A stretch of 64,000 bases of DNA from Mytilus trossulus (taxonomy: Eukaryota): assembly GCF_036588685.1 (NCBI RefSeq), contig NC_086386.1, positions 61,070,001 through 61,134,000 on the forward strand, written 5' to 3'. A program made the position numbers and the translations under genes. Below the pieces are notes generated by a model. That model saw only the letters and a program-made list of their open reading frames with translations. It was not told the DNA's origin and ran no database searches. Of this stretch, positions 1 through 12,551 are shown in pieces (within the stretch, counting starts at the first letter, position 1; each line of letters begins with the position of its first letter).

Positions 1-261
1 TCCAATGAGTGTGTAGACAAAGGTAATATCTTTGGTTAGCTTACTTTTTAGGTGAATCGCGAAGTCATTATAAGGTTAGGTATACAATCCTCATTTATGA
101 GTAGACTAGTCCAACAGATAACCAATCCATCAGTATGTATAGGGCTAGGCTACTTCAAAGGGAATGTAGTATACCTTACCAAATAATGACTTCACGGTTC
201 AGCTAGCAAGCAAGCTAACCAAAGATATTATCTTTGCCTACACACTTATTGGAATCGGCTG
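1..261. mobile_element. Fold-back MITE, Tc1/mariner-like (left end cut by window edge)
   Basis: 1-~110 is an imperfect inverted repeat of ~140-253 (tccaatgagtgtgtagacaaaggtaatatctttggttagctt vs aagctaaccaaagatattatctttgcctacacacttattgga). The right end is ...CTG|TA. A decayed copy of the same TIR starts TA|CAG at ~26996. Confidence 0.7.
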
Positions 262-725
262 TACTGTTAATATACTAAGTACTACTAGTAGTATGCCGCA
301 AGCTAAAATATAAATCATTGAACCTGAATATGATATAGATATGTAAGGATTGGATTACAAGGTTTCACATAACTGAAAATGATGTTCACTAAATTTAAAA
401 CAAGAAAACATTTGCTTGAAACGAAGTTTTTAGGTGTGAAGATGTAATCTTTTTAGACACTGACAAGAGTGCACATTTTATAATGTCTCCTTTTTTACTG
501 AAATGAACCGAGTATAATGCTGAATGTCCTTGAGTTCAATGCCTTACTACAGATAACACACTTATTAGATAACACACGTATTAGATAAATGAACTTTGAA
601 AACGAGGTCAGTTTGGTTTTGTCATTTGATAAGGAACTTTCCGTTTCAAATTTTTTTTGGCGTTGGAAATTTTTATTGTTTTTTTTTAACACTGTCTGAA
701 GGATATTAGTTTTCTTATACATTGT

Positions 726-878
726 CTTATCGGGACCTTTTTTAGCTGACTATGTGGTATGGGCTTTGCTCATTGTTGAAGGCCGTACGGTAACCTATAG
801 TTGTTAATGTCTGTGTCATTTTGGTCTATTATGGATAGTTGTCTCGTTGACAATCGTACCACATCTTTCTTTTTTATA
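726..878 (+). repeat. Abundant interspersed repeat family 1 (agctgactatgcggtatgggctttgctcattgttgaagg...cataccacatcttc)
   Basis: Recognisable copies also at ~6118-6285, 13518-13700, 23924-24095, 27218-27375 (minus), 32920-33030, 34540-34625, 46385-46450, 50665-50715 and 50866-51003. Confidence 0.75.
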
Positions 879-1089
879 TGTACTGTAACAATGTATGCAC
901 ACAAAAACTTATAATATTCTATCAAATAATAAGTTTAATAGGAATTAATTTAGTGTATATATATAAAAAGAAAAACGAATTATAAAATTATGAAATAAAA
1001 TATGAGATGATAGATCTATTAAAAAAAATCAGCACGAATTAAAGTACCATTGTGATGCACTCTTACATACCCCACGCATAGCATAGTCA

Positions 1090-1660
1090 CTGGGCTAAAC
1101 GACTCATAACTTCTAAAAAGCTTAGCTGATAAAAACAAATCTCGTTGATATACACATTTACATGTTATGTCCTCTTTATTACAAACTTTCGTGAAATTCT
1201 CGTGTGCTTTCAAAAGAGTTGCGATAGCAAACTGTTGAAGCAATAGTTTAGGCCAACATTCTACGAAAGAAGGGGAATAACTCCTAGAAAAAAGAATAAT
1301 AATAACTTCCTGTCGCTATTCAAATCTGCATACTAGTCCATATCATCTTTAAAGTTTCATGAAATTCTGTGGTTTTTGTTTCAGAGTAGTTGCGATTTCA
1401 AACTGTTGCAGTGGTATATTTCGGCCAAATTTCTAATTTCAAAAGGGCATAATTCGTGGATAAAATTTGAATCCTAATTTGTGGCGATATGCCGTCTATA
1501 TAGTACGGTCTAATCATCTATATTAAAGTTTTATAAAATTGTGTTGTGTGGTTTCAAACGGGAGTTGTAATGATAAGATCAGGACTGACGAACTAACAGA
1601 TGGACGGACAGACGAGTCAAAACATTTATACCCTGCGCGATTCGTTTCCGGGGAAATGAA
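1090..1660 (+). mobile_element. Decayed Helentron/HINE (DINE-1/pearl-like) non-autonomous element
   Basis: Degenerate internal core repeats followed by a GACG/GACA microsatellite (~1583-1615) and a terminal hairpin remnant. Same layout as the clearer copy at 62566-63021. Confidence 0.45.
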
Positions 1661-2414
1661 AATTATAGACGAATTGCCGATATCATTTTTCAAGCTATAA
1701 ATCGGTTAGGTTGAGAGTCAAAATAAGATCATATAAATGATTGTATAGCCTCTAGAGTACACTAAATTCATTATGTACAATTATTCACGAAACAAAGACA
1801 ACCGCTGGCAAACTAATAACAAAGAACAGGCAACTTGCAATCAGCTGATATACAAAATTTGCTTTCCAACACTGTAATATTAGCTGCTGTTCCCCCGAAT
1901 GAATTTTACACAGAAAGACAGACAAAAAAGTATGTTGTATCTGCTATGTTCAAAGTGAATTGAAGATTGTGTACACAATTTTAAAACATACCAACACGCC
2001 ACAGCACACACTATTAACTACGTAAAAAAACGGAAGAAAAATCATTTATGTATACATGTCTGCAGTTTAATTTGCGAAAAACATTCTCCGTTTCTTCCCT
2101 GCGTAAATTTTCACATTTCATTTTAAAAAGTATCTTCAGAAATTTTTCCTCTACTTGAATCATCACTTACTTTGTATATTCGAACCAGAAAAATTTATAT
2201 AGACACATGATCACACATTAAAGTTCTTTCGTTTTGTCAAACTTTTATTTCTAATTTAATGCTATTTTTTTCTGCTCTTTATAATTTTAATATTTTTCTT
2301 AAGCTTGTATTTTTTTTAAATCACTAAAATGAACCAAACCCATTCTGTATGTTCATATTATTAAGTTAGACTGATCGACCCTGACCCAAAGACACCTATT
2401 TATTCTGAAATGTA

Positions 2415-2530
2415 CTGGCCGAAATGTTTTCTGGACGTTGTGCTGTTGGACGTACTCATGGCCGAAATACTAGCGAGACTTTGTGCTGTCGGACTACCTA
2501 TGGCAGAAATACTAGCGATACTTTGTGCTG
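2415..2530. repeat. Short tandem repeat, ~42 bp x ~3
   Basis: tggccgaaatactagcgagactttgtgctgt-like unit repeated with divergence. Confidence 0.65.
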
Positions 2531-2542
2531 CTTTACGACCTG

Positions 2543-2634
2543 CAATCTAATTAAAATATTGATCTCTGATTACGTTATACTACATATGAGTATCTAGAAT
2601 AACGTAATCAGAGATCAATATTTTAATTAGATTG
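2543..2634. mobile_element. 92-bp micro-MITE with perfect 36-bp TIRs and 9-bp TSD
   Basis: 2543-2578 is the exact reverse complement of 2599-2634. Flanked by direct repeat TACGACCTG at 2534-2542 and 2635-2643. Confidence 0.9.
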
Positions 2635-4594
2635 TACGACCTGTCACAAGTTGACAGCTGTTTGTGTGTTTCATAAACGACGACGTCATAGACGATGAGA
2701 AAAAAACAACAACGAAAACATAACAAAAAAGTTGTTCATACAAGCAGAAATTTATAAACGTAGATAATCAAATGAATTTATAAAACATTATCTTGAAAAA
2801 ACTGTTTAGATTTAATTATTTGTATAAATTTCTCTTTGACATACACATAGATCTACGAAAACGCCCAACATCCGGTGAAAAAGCTGTAAAAATGAAACAT
2901 CCAATCGTACTATTATGTGATTGCGAAATTAAAGAAATTTTGTTATCAAAGACTACAATTTTCATTGAAATTTGAGGCTTTTTCCTTTAAATTATGTACT
3001 TCTGCTCTTACAGATCAACGAACGTGTTGTTATTTCATCAGCCTTTGCGCCTTTTGAATCCACAAGTCAAACACTCATTCTGTTGGTTTGTTTAGAAAAG
3101 AGGGACGAAAGATACCAAAGGGACAGTCAAACTCATAAATCTAGAAGACTTTTAACTGGCCCGAAAGTAATTTTACAAGTATGAAGTAAATGCCATAGAA
3201 CTTGTGGTTAAGCGTGAAGACTGTTTCGTATAACAATTTTCATGTTCTGGGTGCAGAAATTTGGTAAAACCTTAGATTTGCATATCGGTAATAAGTACAA
3301 GTAATTTGAAATGATTCCAGGCATAAAAAAAGAAAACAAATACTACATAGAATTTTGCAACAAAAGTCGGCAACTTATATTATCCGTTACCCCCATCCCC
3401 CTACACCCACCCCAAAAAAAAAACAGAAAGTGGATAACAAAAGGAGAGGGTGGCAGTTTATATTTTTTCTATTTTTTCTCTCTAATCAATCCTAAGGCTA
3501 AGTAAAGAGGAATGTGCAGTAATTGGCCAGAGTATGTTAGTGCTTTTATACTTGAAGTGCATTGTTCACTGATTGTATTGCGGAGTATAGCTACTTCCAT
3601 AACAAGAGGCGGATTTAGCGATTTTTATGGACCTTCATATGTTGTTGATTTATTATTTAGAGAATCACTGCGCGGAAGCATGACTGGATCGGGCCCGCTC
3701 TTAGGCAGTCATTGCCCCCTCGTATGAAAATTTCTGGATCCGCTATTGACTATATACTGCAGTGATATACTGTTATTCATATTTCAACAATGATTTCAGA
3801 ACTGTAGTTTGGTTGCAAGTTGTTGATCTTACAAATGCAGACACAAGTAAACAAAGATGTTTTAAACAATCATATACCCGTCATACATATACAGGATTAA
3901 ATATAACATGTACTAAAATTCATTCTAGTGTTATTTATTTCTTTTGAAGAGGTACACTTGTTGACAATCATCGCAATCTGGTCTACTATAATCAATAATT
4001 TAGTGTCGTTTGTTACAAAATTGGGGCGAAAGCACCCAGAGGGATAGTCAAATGTAGCATGGTTATTGATAGATCATGATACCAGAAGAATTCACGAAAA
4101 GACATAATAAAATATACTTGTTTTGTATAATTATTATAAAGAACATATCAGGTAACAATAAAATGAAATATTTTTGACACACAATTTCTTTACATTTGAC
4201 ATTTAATCAGTTTTCTGTAAATAATATTGATAATTTCTAAATGGCGCGATTGTTATCATTGTTGTTGCTCAAGCAAAAAAACGCGATAAAATAATTATTT
4301 TTCTGTTTCCTTTCGTTCCAAACATCAGCAAAAACATTTAATCAACCACAAGCAGTTATTTGAAATATATAGTTTACTGCATAAAACATTGGTAAATAAA
4401 TTATTAGCATATTGATGCGAGTGTCGTCTGGCTGAAATACAGATAAACACGTTGTCGAAATCCTTCTTTTGCAGCGCTTGGAAGTTTAATCCTTCCGCAA
4501 ATAGATTGTGTGTTAAACGCCCAGAATAAAAATATATATTTTTACCACAGCAACACTCACCATAGTGGTCTAATCACATTTTTTTCAGACACAA

Positions 4595-4687
4595 AAACAC
4601 AAATGGTCGTGACGGCCATTTTGGTTCATTGTTATGAGTGTAGCAACCGGGGTGCTCTCTATCACGTCCGCGTTCAAAAAATATAAA
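4595..4687 (+). promoter_or_regulatory. PL-III promoter: H1-box-like AAACACA, H4-box-like CGTCCG and TATA box
   Basis: AAACACA at 4595-4601, acgtccgc at ~4664-4671, TATAAA at 4682-4687, about 50 nt upstream of the ATG. These motifs are typical of H1-lineage genes. Confidence 0.55.
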
Positions 4688-4737
4688 CAAACGAGTTGTC
4701 TGTCCCAGCATCAGTCTTGTATCACCCAGCAAGAAGG

Positions 4738-5046
4738 ATGCCAAGCCCAACTCGTCGTTCATCCAAGTCCAGGTCCAGGAGCAGGAGCAGGTCAGCCTCC
4801 GCCTCCCCAGGAAAGGCAGCAAAACGTGCTCGTTCCAAGACCCCAAGAAAAGGAAAGAAGAGGGCAAGGTCTCCATCCAAAAAAGCAAGAAGGAGGTCTA
4901 GGTCTACCAAGAAGACAGCAGCTAAGAGGAGGAAGAGGTCCTCATCACCAAAGAAAAGGAGGTCTGCTGGAAAGAGGAGAGTAAGAGCAAAGAAAGGAGG
5001 AAACAGAAGGAGGTCCAGGGGAAAGAAAGCCGCAGCAAAGAAATAA
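4738..5046 (+). CDS. PL-III: Sperm nuclear basic protein, protamine-like PL-III (phi-1), 102 aa, intronless
   Basis: MPSPTRRSSKSRSRSRSRSASASPGKAAKRARSKTP...KKAAAKK. R/K/S/A-rich with an N-terminal RS repeat and no globular domain, matching the mussel PL-III pattern as I recall it. Real start is the ATG at 4738, not the TTG at 4696. Confidence 0.93.
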   Translation: MPSPTRRSSKSRSRSRSRSASASPGKAAKRARSKTPRKGKKRARSPSKKARRRSRSTKKTAAKRRKRSSSPKKRRSAGKRRVRAKKGGNRRRSRGKKAAAKK

Positions 5047-5082
5047 GACATGTAGCTGACGACCGCTAGTTTGCCACACAAC

Positions 5083-5120
5083 GGCCCTTTTAAGGGCCAA
5101 CCATATTTTTCAAAAAGAAT
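5083..5120 (+). terminator. Histone mRNA 3' stem-loop plus purine-rich downstream element
   Basis: GGCCCTTTTAAGGGCC (5083-5098) is the canonical 16-nt histone stem-loop, preceded by CACAAC and followed by AACCA. AAAAAGAA at ~5112-5119 is HDE-like. Confidence 0.9.
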
Positions 5121-5191
5121 TTAGATTTTGTTACATCAGTTCGTATAACCTAATAATTACAAGTTAAAAACAACGCCTAAAAAGAAAAAAG

Positions 5192-5487
5192 AAAACCTAG
5201 AACCCTTTTACAAATTAAAGGCAAATCATAAAACCCCTGTACAAATTAAACGCAAAACACAAAACCCCTGAATAAATTAAAAGCAAAAACCTCTGCACAA
5301 ATAAGATTAAAACAAAAAAACTCTAGTACAAATTAAAGATAAAACATAGAACCCCTGTGCAATCAAAAAAGTAAAACATTGAACCCCTGTGCAATCAAAA
5401 GGTAAAACATAGGACCCCTGTACAAATTAAGCCAAAACATAGAGACCGGGTACAAATTAAATGCAAAACATGCATAGAACCCCTCAG
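5192..5487. repeat. Degenerate ~30-bp minisatellite, about 9-10 copies
   Basis: Consensus roughly aaaacatagaacccctgtacaaattaaag(g/c), directly downstream of PL-III. Confidence 0.8.
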
Positions 5488-7154
5488 TAATCTTTATATA
5501 AACTTCTACCACCAAAGAAATATTTCCTCTTCCCCAACACCCTAACCCAAAACACGAAAGTAATTTCGCGTCACTTTAAATTTTTTAAATCAAAATTCAC
5601 AAATTCCAATCGAAATAAAAACAAAACCAACAAAGGATAATCCATATATAATATATTCTAAATAATAAAATAATGAACAACTTCAAAAAAATTATATATA
5701 CTCTTCAAAATCTATTTTGTTTATCCAAAATCTCTTAATTGTTCACCATAAACATATATTGTTTCTTTTTATGCAATGATTTTTTTTCATTACGAAGTTC
5801 CTACCAAACTAAAAAATGGAATCTTTTAAAAAAAAAAAGGAATATGTTTCAAACTTCTTTTTTTATCATTGCTAAATTTAAAACGAGAGAGTTCTTTTCC
5901 CAAAAGAAATATATTGTTTCAGATGTCATCAATAAAATATGTTTTCGTTGCATATCAATTATGACGACTGCGCGCAATCGAAAAAATATATCGGCTACTG
6001 CTCTCCTAGCTGAACTTCAAAAATGTTCATAAAAAGTAAAACCTTAGTCAGGAACCTTTAATTTTGTGGTTGTAGATTTATCATTATTTTTTTCGTTTAC
6101 TGTTTTGTATAGAAATTAACCCGTTAGTTTTCTCGGTGGAATTATTTTACATTAGTCAATTTGATTTCTTTTTTATATGACTTTTATCTTTTGCTCATTG
6201 TTGAAGACATTATGGTGACCTATGGCTGTTATTTATGTATGTTATTCGGTATCTGGTTATGAGTTGTCTCATTGGCGATGGTTTATACATGTGCTAGTTT
6301 TCAACAAGCGGTTGAATGCATTTGCCGACCCAAAATAGTTAGTAATCCATGTATTAAAAGTTTATATTAGTTTAACTCGCCCTTAACAAAACAGACCTCA
6401 CATTATTTCCTTTTCTTATCTCTAATGAAAGAAAAATATCCATTCATGGGCATGGGAATTTGGATGGGAATCATGTTTTGAATTTTAAAATTTTGTGTTC
6501 GTCCCATTTTCTTTGTTTTTGTATTTCTTTTTATTGGTTTCTTCTTTCACCTCTATTCTGTTAGTGCCATTAAGAAAATTATATCCATTTTTTTAACGAA
6601 TCCAGGTACACTCACAAATGAGTTATGAATACTAATAGAGAGCTTATATATATGTTTTGTGTAACAACACAAAAATACAACCAGGCTAAAACAAAATGTA
6701 CAATTTCACGGTAAAAATGTATAAAAACATTGTCTAATCAGTTGAGATTTGTATACAGTTTTATTTTAATATCGTGTTTCAACTTCTATCCCCACATACC
6801 CTTTTCATCGCAGGCATTTTTCTTTCGGATAATCTTTTCTTTTGTTCTTTTTCCAAATACTGCCCACATACATCATGATGAATATTTAGTTTGTTTGTTA
6901 CAAATTAAATCGTTTTATAAATCTTATTAGGTGATGAATTACTGAAAGGGGCATTATATACATAAATACAGAATAATTATCATACATTGTCTTAGACTGG
7001 TACCCATGATGAGTTTATTTATACCCACCCGGTCGATCGTTATTGAAATTGTACACAATAATATTTGTATATTACGAAGGCATATATTTCTAAATGTTGT
7101 ACGGTTGGAACCTAACTAACGTTGTCTAAAAATATAAAATGTATTTGTAAAAAA

Positions 7155-7226
7155 GGGGGGCTCGGTGGCCGAGTGGTCATAGTAATCACTAGCCAGTCAA
7201 CACTTAAGTTGTGAGTACGAACACCA
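7155..7226 (+). mobile_element. tRNA-derived SINE head fragment
   Basis: ggggctcggtggccgagtggtc (A box) and gagtacgaacacc (degenerate B box). No cloverleaf. Confidence 0.55.
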
Positions 7227-8555
7227 AAAAGAAACAAAAACAAACAATTTTGAAAAGGATTGGAAACAATACAATACAGGTAAAATACGAGGCTTTGTCG
7301 AGTAGCTTTTTCCTGTTTTTGGAGCAGAATACACACACATAACGTCACTCGAGACAATGTAATAGTTATTTTTATACTCCAACTCTTACAACTGCTCAAC
7401 TTTAAATATTTTCCGGTTAAAACTTTATTTGGATTAGAGCGGTCAACGTAAAATGTTTGGGATTTTTTATGCTTTGTATTTGTTATAAATTAAACCCTAT
7501 GGAAACGCATTGTCATCGTCATAAAAAAAACTCTATGGAAGCACATTGTCAACGTCATAAGCACGGCTAAAAATATCACTTTGACTGTATCCCAAATGAA
7601 TACACGGCCAATGCCAGTTGTCTTCTGTTTATATTAAAGTCCACGAGTATAGAATGAATACGTTATGTTTTAGAGGATAGCCAAAAACATTTATTTTTAT
7701 ATTACCATGTCAAAACATTGATTTTGCGTACCTTATCTTATTAAATGTGTGTATTGGTAACAATCACTTAACTTTGAAAGGGGAGAGGAGTCCTAAAAAC
7801 AGTCGGAAAGCAAGCCCTTAGAAACGACCGTTGTTGCTACTTTCTTAAGACAACAATGGAACTGATATTAAAACCCGCCATTCTGAAATTGCGTTAATTT
7901 CGCGAACTTTTTTTTGGCGCCAATTTGGAAGTTTATCCTTTTTTCAGTTTCCTACTTGCCATTAGGGTCTGAAATAGATTTATTTCGATTTTTTAAGCAT
8001 GGATTTTATTATCAAAAGGGAAACAATTTCTCAACATGTCAAATTGGCCGTCTGTTAACGATCCCGTAATGCCGTTGATCGTCGTTTAAAAATATTTTCT
8101 TCTCTTTTTTCATATATTTTATAACAAAGACTTTATGTACTATGCAAACAATTAATAATACGTATTTAAAAAAAAAAAACATCAAGTATAACGTTCTATC
8201 ACCCCTTGGGAAACCCCGTTTGAACTAAATTCCAAAATAAAGACATTTTTTGACATTGTAGTTTTTCGGTCTTACACATTGATGTCACCTTGCAACTAAA
8301 CACAGTCAATGTACACATATTTAGTAGGTTTGTTTGAAAAAGTAATGACGAGATCAGCTGTGAATATTTGACTGGATTAATTATTCTCTTTAAGTCAGTG
8401 AATTGTATGACTTAACTTAAACAAGGTAAGGAAATCTTATACTGTCTTTGCACAACACTAACTGCTTTAGATGACCGACATAAAACTCATTTTGTGATAT
8501 TAAGGAATCCTGCAATTTAAGTAAATGAAAAATTATTGTCCTAAATTTGAACTTA

Positions 8556-8811
8556 GGCAGCCAACAACCATTTCATTTTCTGGTGGGGGTAGGGGTGGCT
8601 ATTGAGTATTGATTGTTTTGAAGAAGAAAAGTTTGTTACCAATTTTTGGATAAAAAATAATTTGTTTTTGACCCTGTGAAAAAAAAATGTTTGTTTTACC
8701 CTCAGCTGCCATTTAATGAAATGCTTAAAAATTGAAAAGAGAAGAATTGTTTTCAACTTGTCAGGGAAAAATCCATAGTTCCCCCCTCCCTGAAAACAAA
8801 TGGTTGCTGCC
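8556..8811. mobile_element. MITE, PIF/Harbinger (Tourist)-like
   Basis: TTA|GGCAGC..AACCATTT ... AAATGGTTGCTGCC|TAA: terminal inverted repeats with TWA flanks. Confidence 0.65.
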
Positions 8812-10783
8812 TAAACAATCTCTTTCAGAGTATCATTTTAATCAATCTTATTCAAAGCATTATCATACTGACATGAAGTGTGACTTTATTTTGACTAGTG
8901 ATCTAAAACATAATTGTTGACTTTATAGCCCCCAGAAACTGCTCTAAAATACTTTCATATAAATATAAGAATGCATAGTTTTTTTCATGTTTTTATTATT
9001 TTTTTCAAATAGAAAAAGAAAATATTACTGAGTCTATTTTAATCTTATTTATTTTCAAGTTCATGATTAGCACCATTTATTTATTGGTTTAGTGTGTTAT
9101 TTCTATAATTTTAGTCCATTCATTAGAACTATAGAGACAACATTAAACTTTTATTGTTATATTTAGTTTGTTCATTGATTCTACAAGGATTGCAAACTAA
9201 TTTTCCTTTTATTTAAAACAATGAAGATTTTACATTCAGAATGCTTTCATTATGATCTCTTTTAAGTATAAATGAAAAAGGTAGGACCTACTTGCAAGTG
9301 TCAGTAATGAAAAGGAACTCCTGTTTTTTTTTGTCATTTTAATACTGTCTTGATGAATATTTAGACTACCCCTTGTATAAATTGAGTAGACATTTATTTC
9401 TGTGTTAAAATAATTTGGTTGCAGCAGTAAAAATACCTACCAAACATGAATATTAAATTAACTCTTGGAATTTCAAATTAATATTGAATTATTAATCCTA
9501 TTAAGGCACATAGGGACACATCTAGGGCCTATTTCACTGGGACTGAGTTCTGAAAAGTGATAAAATGTGTTTTTCTATTTTTTGGCACATGTTTACAGTA
9601 TCAAAATGTATTTTAGAGATTATTTTTAATAATATCCACTTGTAAATAACAGCATATGGTGTTTGATATAACAAAAGTATGTTCATGATAGTGTCAAACA
9701 AAGGGACGTAACTCGTGAATTACCGTCGGCCCCGCTTCGTCAGAAATATCGACACATCTAACTGGCACATTTGCGTATCTGTGCATATCAACTGGCACAA
9801 ATTTGACATATCATAGTCAAAGTTATGTTACATAACATAATTTAAATTCAGCATAGCTTCCCGAGAAGTTAAGAAAGAAAATTACGATTTAAATTTCTTT
9901 TGACCACATTTTTTGGTCAACACCTACACTTTGAAGACATATTTTGAAAGAAAAAAATGAGTTAAATCCATAATTGAGTTAATGAAAATATTCCTTCTAT
10001 ACTCAGGAATGTTCACTTAAAAGCAAATTAGTTTTAATTTATTGTAACAGCTACAAATTCAAAAAAACGGGCTTCACTTTTTTTGGTAAAAAAATGCCCA
10101 TATATGGTTATCACATGACGTCCATTGTTGCTTTAAGAAATGGGGTCAAACCGGGGTCAGCTTTCCGACTGAAAAAAATGTCCATCCCAAATATGACGGG
10201 GAAAAAATCTTGTCAAGCTGATGACAAAACAAAATACTCTGAATGCAAATTCCACGCATAGTGTTAAATTTAGAAATAAAAAATCTGATAAATACATTTT
10301 GTTCGCTTTGCGCAAGAGAAAAAAATCTTACAAAAAAAACCAGTTCTAAAGACTGTATAAAAGGAGTCAATATTTTTAACATGTTCCAAAATAAAGGATT
10401 GAACATTTCTTCAACTTTCTGTTCAGAGGTATGAGACATAAAACTACGAGAAGGTTAATTAACAATTTTCAAATAAAATATCCCTGAGCGTTTTGTTTGT
10501 TAATTTCACATTTAAGGGGGAAGTGTTTTTCATCCTCCAGCAAGTGGCAGTTTACATTGTGTATACTTTCTAGAAATTTCATAATATCGACCCTTTGATA
10601 TTTCTAAAGTATTTTTTTTTGTCACTAAAATTCTCAACTTAGTGAAGCATTTTCGTATAGAAAATTTATTGGAAGGCTATATTGACTTAGTAAGTCTTCA
10701 ATATGAGTACCAAATTGTCAAACTTTCAGCAACGCCAACAGCAAAAAATCTCCAGCTTTTATTACGGTCATTGTGATACTGTT

Positions 10784-11136
10784 TAGTTTAAACATATTTA
10801 TTTATAGTGGATTGGGAAACAAGTTTTGCAACTTATATTAATCCCTTTCCACTTTGCGGGTGCGAGTGCTGCCTTGTAGCGGCATTAGCCTACCCTTTTT
10901 CGAAATCTACAAGGGTGTCTTTAACGTGCAAGATATATGGCTCTCTCTTAACACGGGTCAGCCATTTATCGTCCCCTTCCGACGGACTATCATCGTGTCC
11001 TCAAGACCATACTCGCAGATGGTGTCAAGGGAGAGCCGAAAATTGAGTTCCTGAAATTTTCATCCCAAACGGGAATCGAACCAGGAACCTTTGTGTTAGT
11101 AGTCCGATGCACTAACCACTACACCACGGCTCTCTC
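10784..11136 (-). mobile_element. Full-length tRNA-derived SINE with Nin/Deu-like core
   Basis: Minus strand: A box TGGTGTAGTGG, B box GGTTCGATTCCC, core cggaaggggacgataaa...gcacgttaaagacaccc, AT-rich tail. 13-bp TSD TTGTGATACTGTT at 10771-10783 and 11137-11149. Confidence 0.88.
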
Positions 11137-12049
11137 TTGTGATACTGTTGTCTGCTCTTTGGTCGGGTTGTTATATCTTTGACATATTCCTCATTTCCAT
11201 TCTCAATTGTATTCTAATACCAGTCTGTAATATGTAATTTTTAATTCCATTTTTATACTTATCTAGGCCTATATATAGAAAACTAATTCATAGTCTTGAT
11301 ATAACATTTGTTCGTCTAATGCTTCGAAAGAAAAAGATGACGAGGACTTGCCGAGTACAACTAACAAACATGTGTTTAGACAATAATGGTTATTTTTTTT
11401 ATACTGCAACTTTTACAACTATCTAAATTTTTTGGATAAAAAAACATCAATTTTGATTGCGAAGAAAAAAATTGTCAAACTTGTATTCTTTATTGACGTC
11501 ATAAATGTAAATCCATGGAAACACATTGTCAACGTCATAAAGAAAGCGATATGAATTTATGAATACGTCCAGTGACTGTTTGTGGTCACTCCAATTTTAC
11601 TGCGCAAATAAAAAATCTACCTGAAGGTTAAATTAGAACTCACAACATACTAACCTCTTGGTCACAAAGGATCCTTTGACTAACAAAATAATAACTTCAG
11701 TTAATATTCCAAACACTAGAAAAATTTTAATATTTTTTGCATTTATATTATGCACTGATCCATATTTAGATTAAGACACTTATGGTCCCTCTTCCTTTTT
11801 GATGTGTCTGGTTGTGTCGTCAATCTATGAGTACTAAGTGTATATCAAGGCTGTGTAAATTTACAATTCAAATACAAGAACAAGAAGGCAACTAAGAATG
11901 GAATTGACAACAGTTAAATACTTAAGTGTTTCAAGTAAACACAAAGGCCTAAAAAACGTAAACTCTCAAAGTGTATCCTTCGACGACTCCATCAAACACT
12001 AAAAACGAATGAAAAACATTGATTAATTGATTGTTTGTTGCTAGCTTGC

Positions 12050-12172
12050 TTGAGGTCCAGTTGCAAATATTTCATGATGATTATTCGTGACTTTGAGGTC
12101 CAGTTGCAAATATTCCATGATTATTCATGACTTTGAGGTCCAGTTGCAAATATTTCATGATTATTCAGGACT
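12050..12172. repeat. Tandem repeat, ~39-42 bp x 3
   Basis: ttgaggtccagttgcaaatatttcatgattattcatgact repeated. Single related copies at ~33600 and ~61170. Confidence 0.8.
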
Positions 12173-12551
12173 TAAACTAAATATCAATTTATTCACAATA
12201 GTTAAGTTTTGCATGTTAGGACAGGCATGAATAGCGGGAAATTATTTACGAAAAAGACCCTTCAGAGAGTTTTTCCAATGCCAGGTTCGTTGCATGTAAA
12301 AGGCAGAGATCATGGTGCAACGTACTTATTCACGCCAAACGAGGCCGTGCATTTATTATACAATTCGATTCGAACAGTTGGACAAAAAAAAACATTACAA
12401 TAGCATGCTAGATACACATTAGAGGTGTAAATTACAATATGGTATTACATATGACATTTAAAACAGGAATAAAACTGCAGCTTACAACAAAAGTATAAGC
12501 GTTTAGACAACAGCTAACAAAACAAGAGGGTTAAATCCCATGGAAGGCAAC

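Noticed and set aside
4574-5081. Overlapping ORFs at 4574-4888, 4634-4984 and the hydrophobic antisense ORF 4722-5081
   Set aside because: Shadow frames of the low-complexity, purine-rich PL-III coding sequence.
5192-5487. CRISPR-like ~30-bp periodicity
   Set aside because: Units are contiguous and degenerate with no unique spacers. The context is eukaryotic and there are no cas genes.
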